Assembly (NCBI GenBank): GCA_965262715.1
Contig: OZ253553.1
Coordinates: forward strand, 1,312,001-1,376,000
Length of the DNA stretch: 64,000 nucleotides
Source of the DNA: Bdellovibrionales bacterium
Lineage (GTDB): Bacteria > Bdellovibrionota > Bdellovibrionia > Bdellovibrionales > JAUICD01
Reading direction: 5' to 3'
The position numbers and the translations under genes were made by a program. Positions within the stretch are counted from its first letter, which is position 1; each line of letters opens with the position of its first letter. Positions 62,780 to 64,000 of this stretch are shown one piece after another. The notes below the pieces were generated by a model that saw nothing but the letters and a program-made list of their open reading frames with translations, was not told where the DNA came from and searched no databases.

Positions 62780-62990
62780 TAGCCTTGTTACGCAAGTATT
62801 GACTCTATTACATTAGCTGCAGATTTGTGAACTAGCTCTTATCCAGAGCATTATGAGATAAAGACTTTAAAGAAGTTTTTATTCTATAATCAATTGTAAA
62901 AATAATGGAAGTTCATTGCTCGAAGGTTGCCTGCTGCTAGTGAAAAAGCCTGCCAAAAGACACTACTAATCACATACAAATATTTGTGCA
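62780..62990. repeat. Family C outer-type copy without nested insert
   Basis: Colinear with 19996-20140 plus 20381-20473. Confidence 0.8.
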
Positions 62991-63478
62991 ATAAAACCGA
63001 CAAAAACTATTATTCGATAATAAGTCGATCTCTATTAACTTTGAAAATTATTAAATTTAAATATTCAACTTTATTTTGATTCAATCGTCTGAACTCAACA
63101 TACACGGTAAGGTGTTGTTATTTAAATAATCCATTTCACATGACATAAGCAAATCTTATAGACTGTATATTTTTCAAAAATTGCAATTTTAGGTATTGAC
63201 TTTTATTTCTCTTCTAATTTAAGGTTTATAAATGAAACAGAATTTAATTGAAGGACAAAGACTTATGGTCACAAACTTTCTAATTAAAAATTCTAAACTC
63301 TCTAAGAAACGGTTCATGCACCGTTTTTCTTACTATTTTTATTTCTATTTTGGCTGTTAAGCAGCCAATACACATTTATCCCCTACAATTTATCTAATTT
63401 TAATCGTTGCTAATCTCTACTTAGACATTAGTAAAATTACAAACTTTTTAAAAACTTATTCTTATTAGGAGGTTTATC

Positions 63479-63963
63479 ATGGAATTATCTTACAAATGGT
63501 TAATTGCATTTTTATGTGTAACGACTTTTCATTTAATTATTGTGCTGAAAACAACACATGTTTCTGCACAAGTGGAAGCAGGTCAGGAATCACCTTGTCC
63601 AAGTACATTGTTACAGGCAGTCTTAAAACATGATGTTGATGTTGTGAGGTTGCTTTTAGAATATGGTGTAGACCCAAATGCTTCTCTTGAAAATTGTCAA
63701 GTTGTAATAACTAATGGTGTTATAGTCTTACTCAAAGAGGATCAAAGATTTATTGATGCTTGGAGACCAAGGAGATCAAGACGTACCGTCTTATTGAGAA
63801 AATTGAAGAGTAGCATACCCGATAACTCATCCTTACTTCACATAGCGGCAAGAATTCGTCCTTCTAGGGGTCAATGGCTTACTCCTGATCCTCGGATATA
63901 TGACTTACTTGTACAACATGGAGCAGAATAAATGCAACAAATGTAAAGTGTCATACACCATAG
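63479..63963 (+). pseudogene. Secreted ankyrin-repeat protein, truncated or frameshifted at the C-terminus
   Basis: AGGAGG RBS, signal peptide, VVRLLLEYGVDPN, SLLHIAA; GAE* then INATNVKCHTP* in another frame. Confidence 0.65.
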
Positions 63964-64000
63964 ATGTTCTCCTTTTCTATTATCCTTAATGCCTCATCTT

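Overview
Low-GC bacterial chromosome segment, most consistent with a Bdellovibrionota (Deltaproteobacteria-like RpoB/RpoC, FQNC-type lipoprotein signal, sigma28- and sigma54-like promoters). Ankyrin, Thr-rich and Cys-rich secreted proteins suggest a host-associated lineage; this is inference. Left part: PhzF, an NhaC antiporter, an rplJ-rplL-rpoB-rpoC-rpsL-rpsG block lacking its usual neighbours (rpoC split by a 1-nt deletion), tRNA-Ser(GGA), dprA and a prepilin-like gene. Middle: a tandem array of four vWA-like lipoprotein genes with an IS1634 insertion, an orphan CusA, and two ankyrin/zinc-peptidase lipoproteins. Right: a defence island with a complete type III-A CRISPR-Cas locus (24 perfect repeats, Cas10 with AGDD, a CARF-HEPN effector), a 2-TM gene beside the array, a duplicated wHTH two-gene module, an Rpn pseudogene retaining its internal small gene, an IS1634-derived MITE and a HigBA pair, followed by putA. 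The least explained signal is non-coding. Several families of 150-400 bp long-hairpin repeats fill the intergenic spaces, insert into one another and into genes (some with target-site duplications), and in one family keep base-paired arms whose sequences differ between copies while inner motifs stay conserved. Several single-base frameshifts in homopolymers may be assembly errors.
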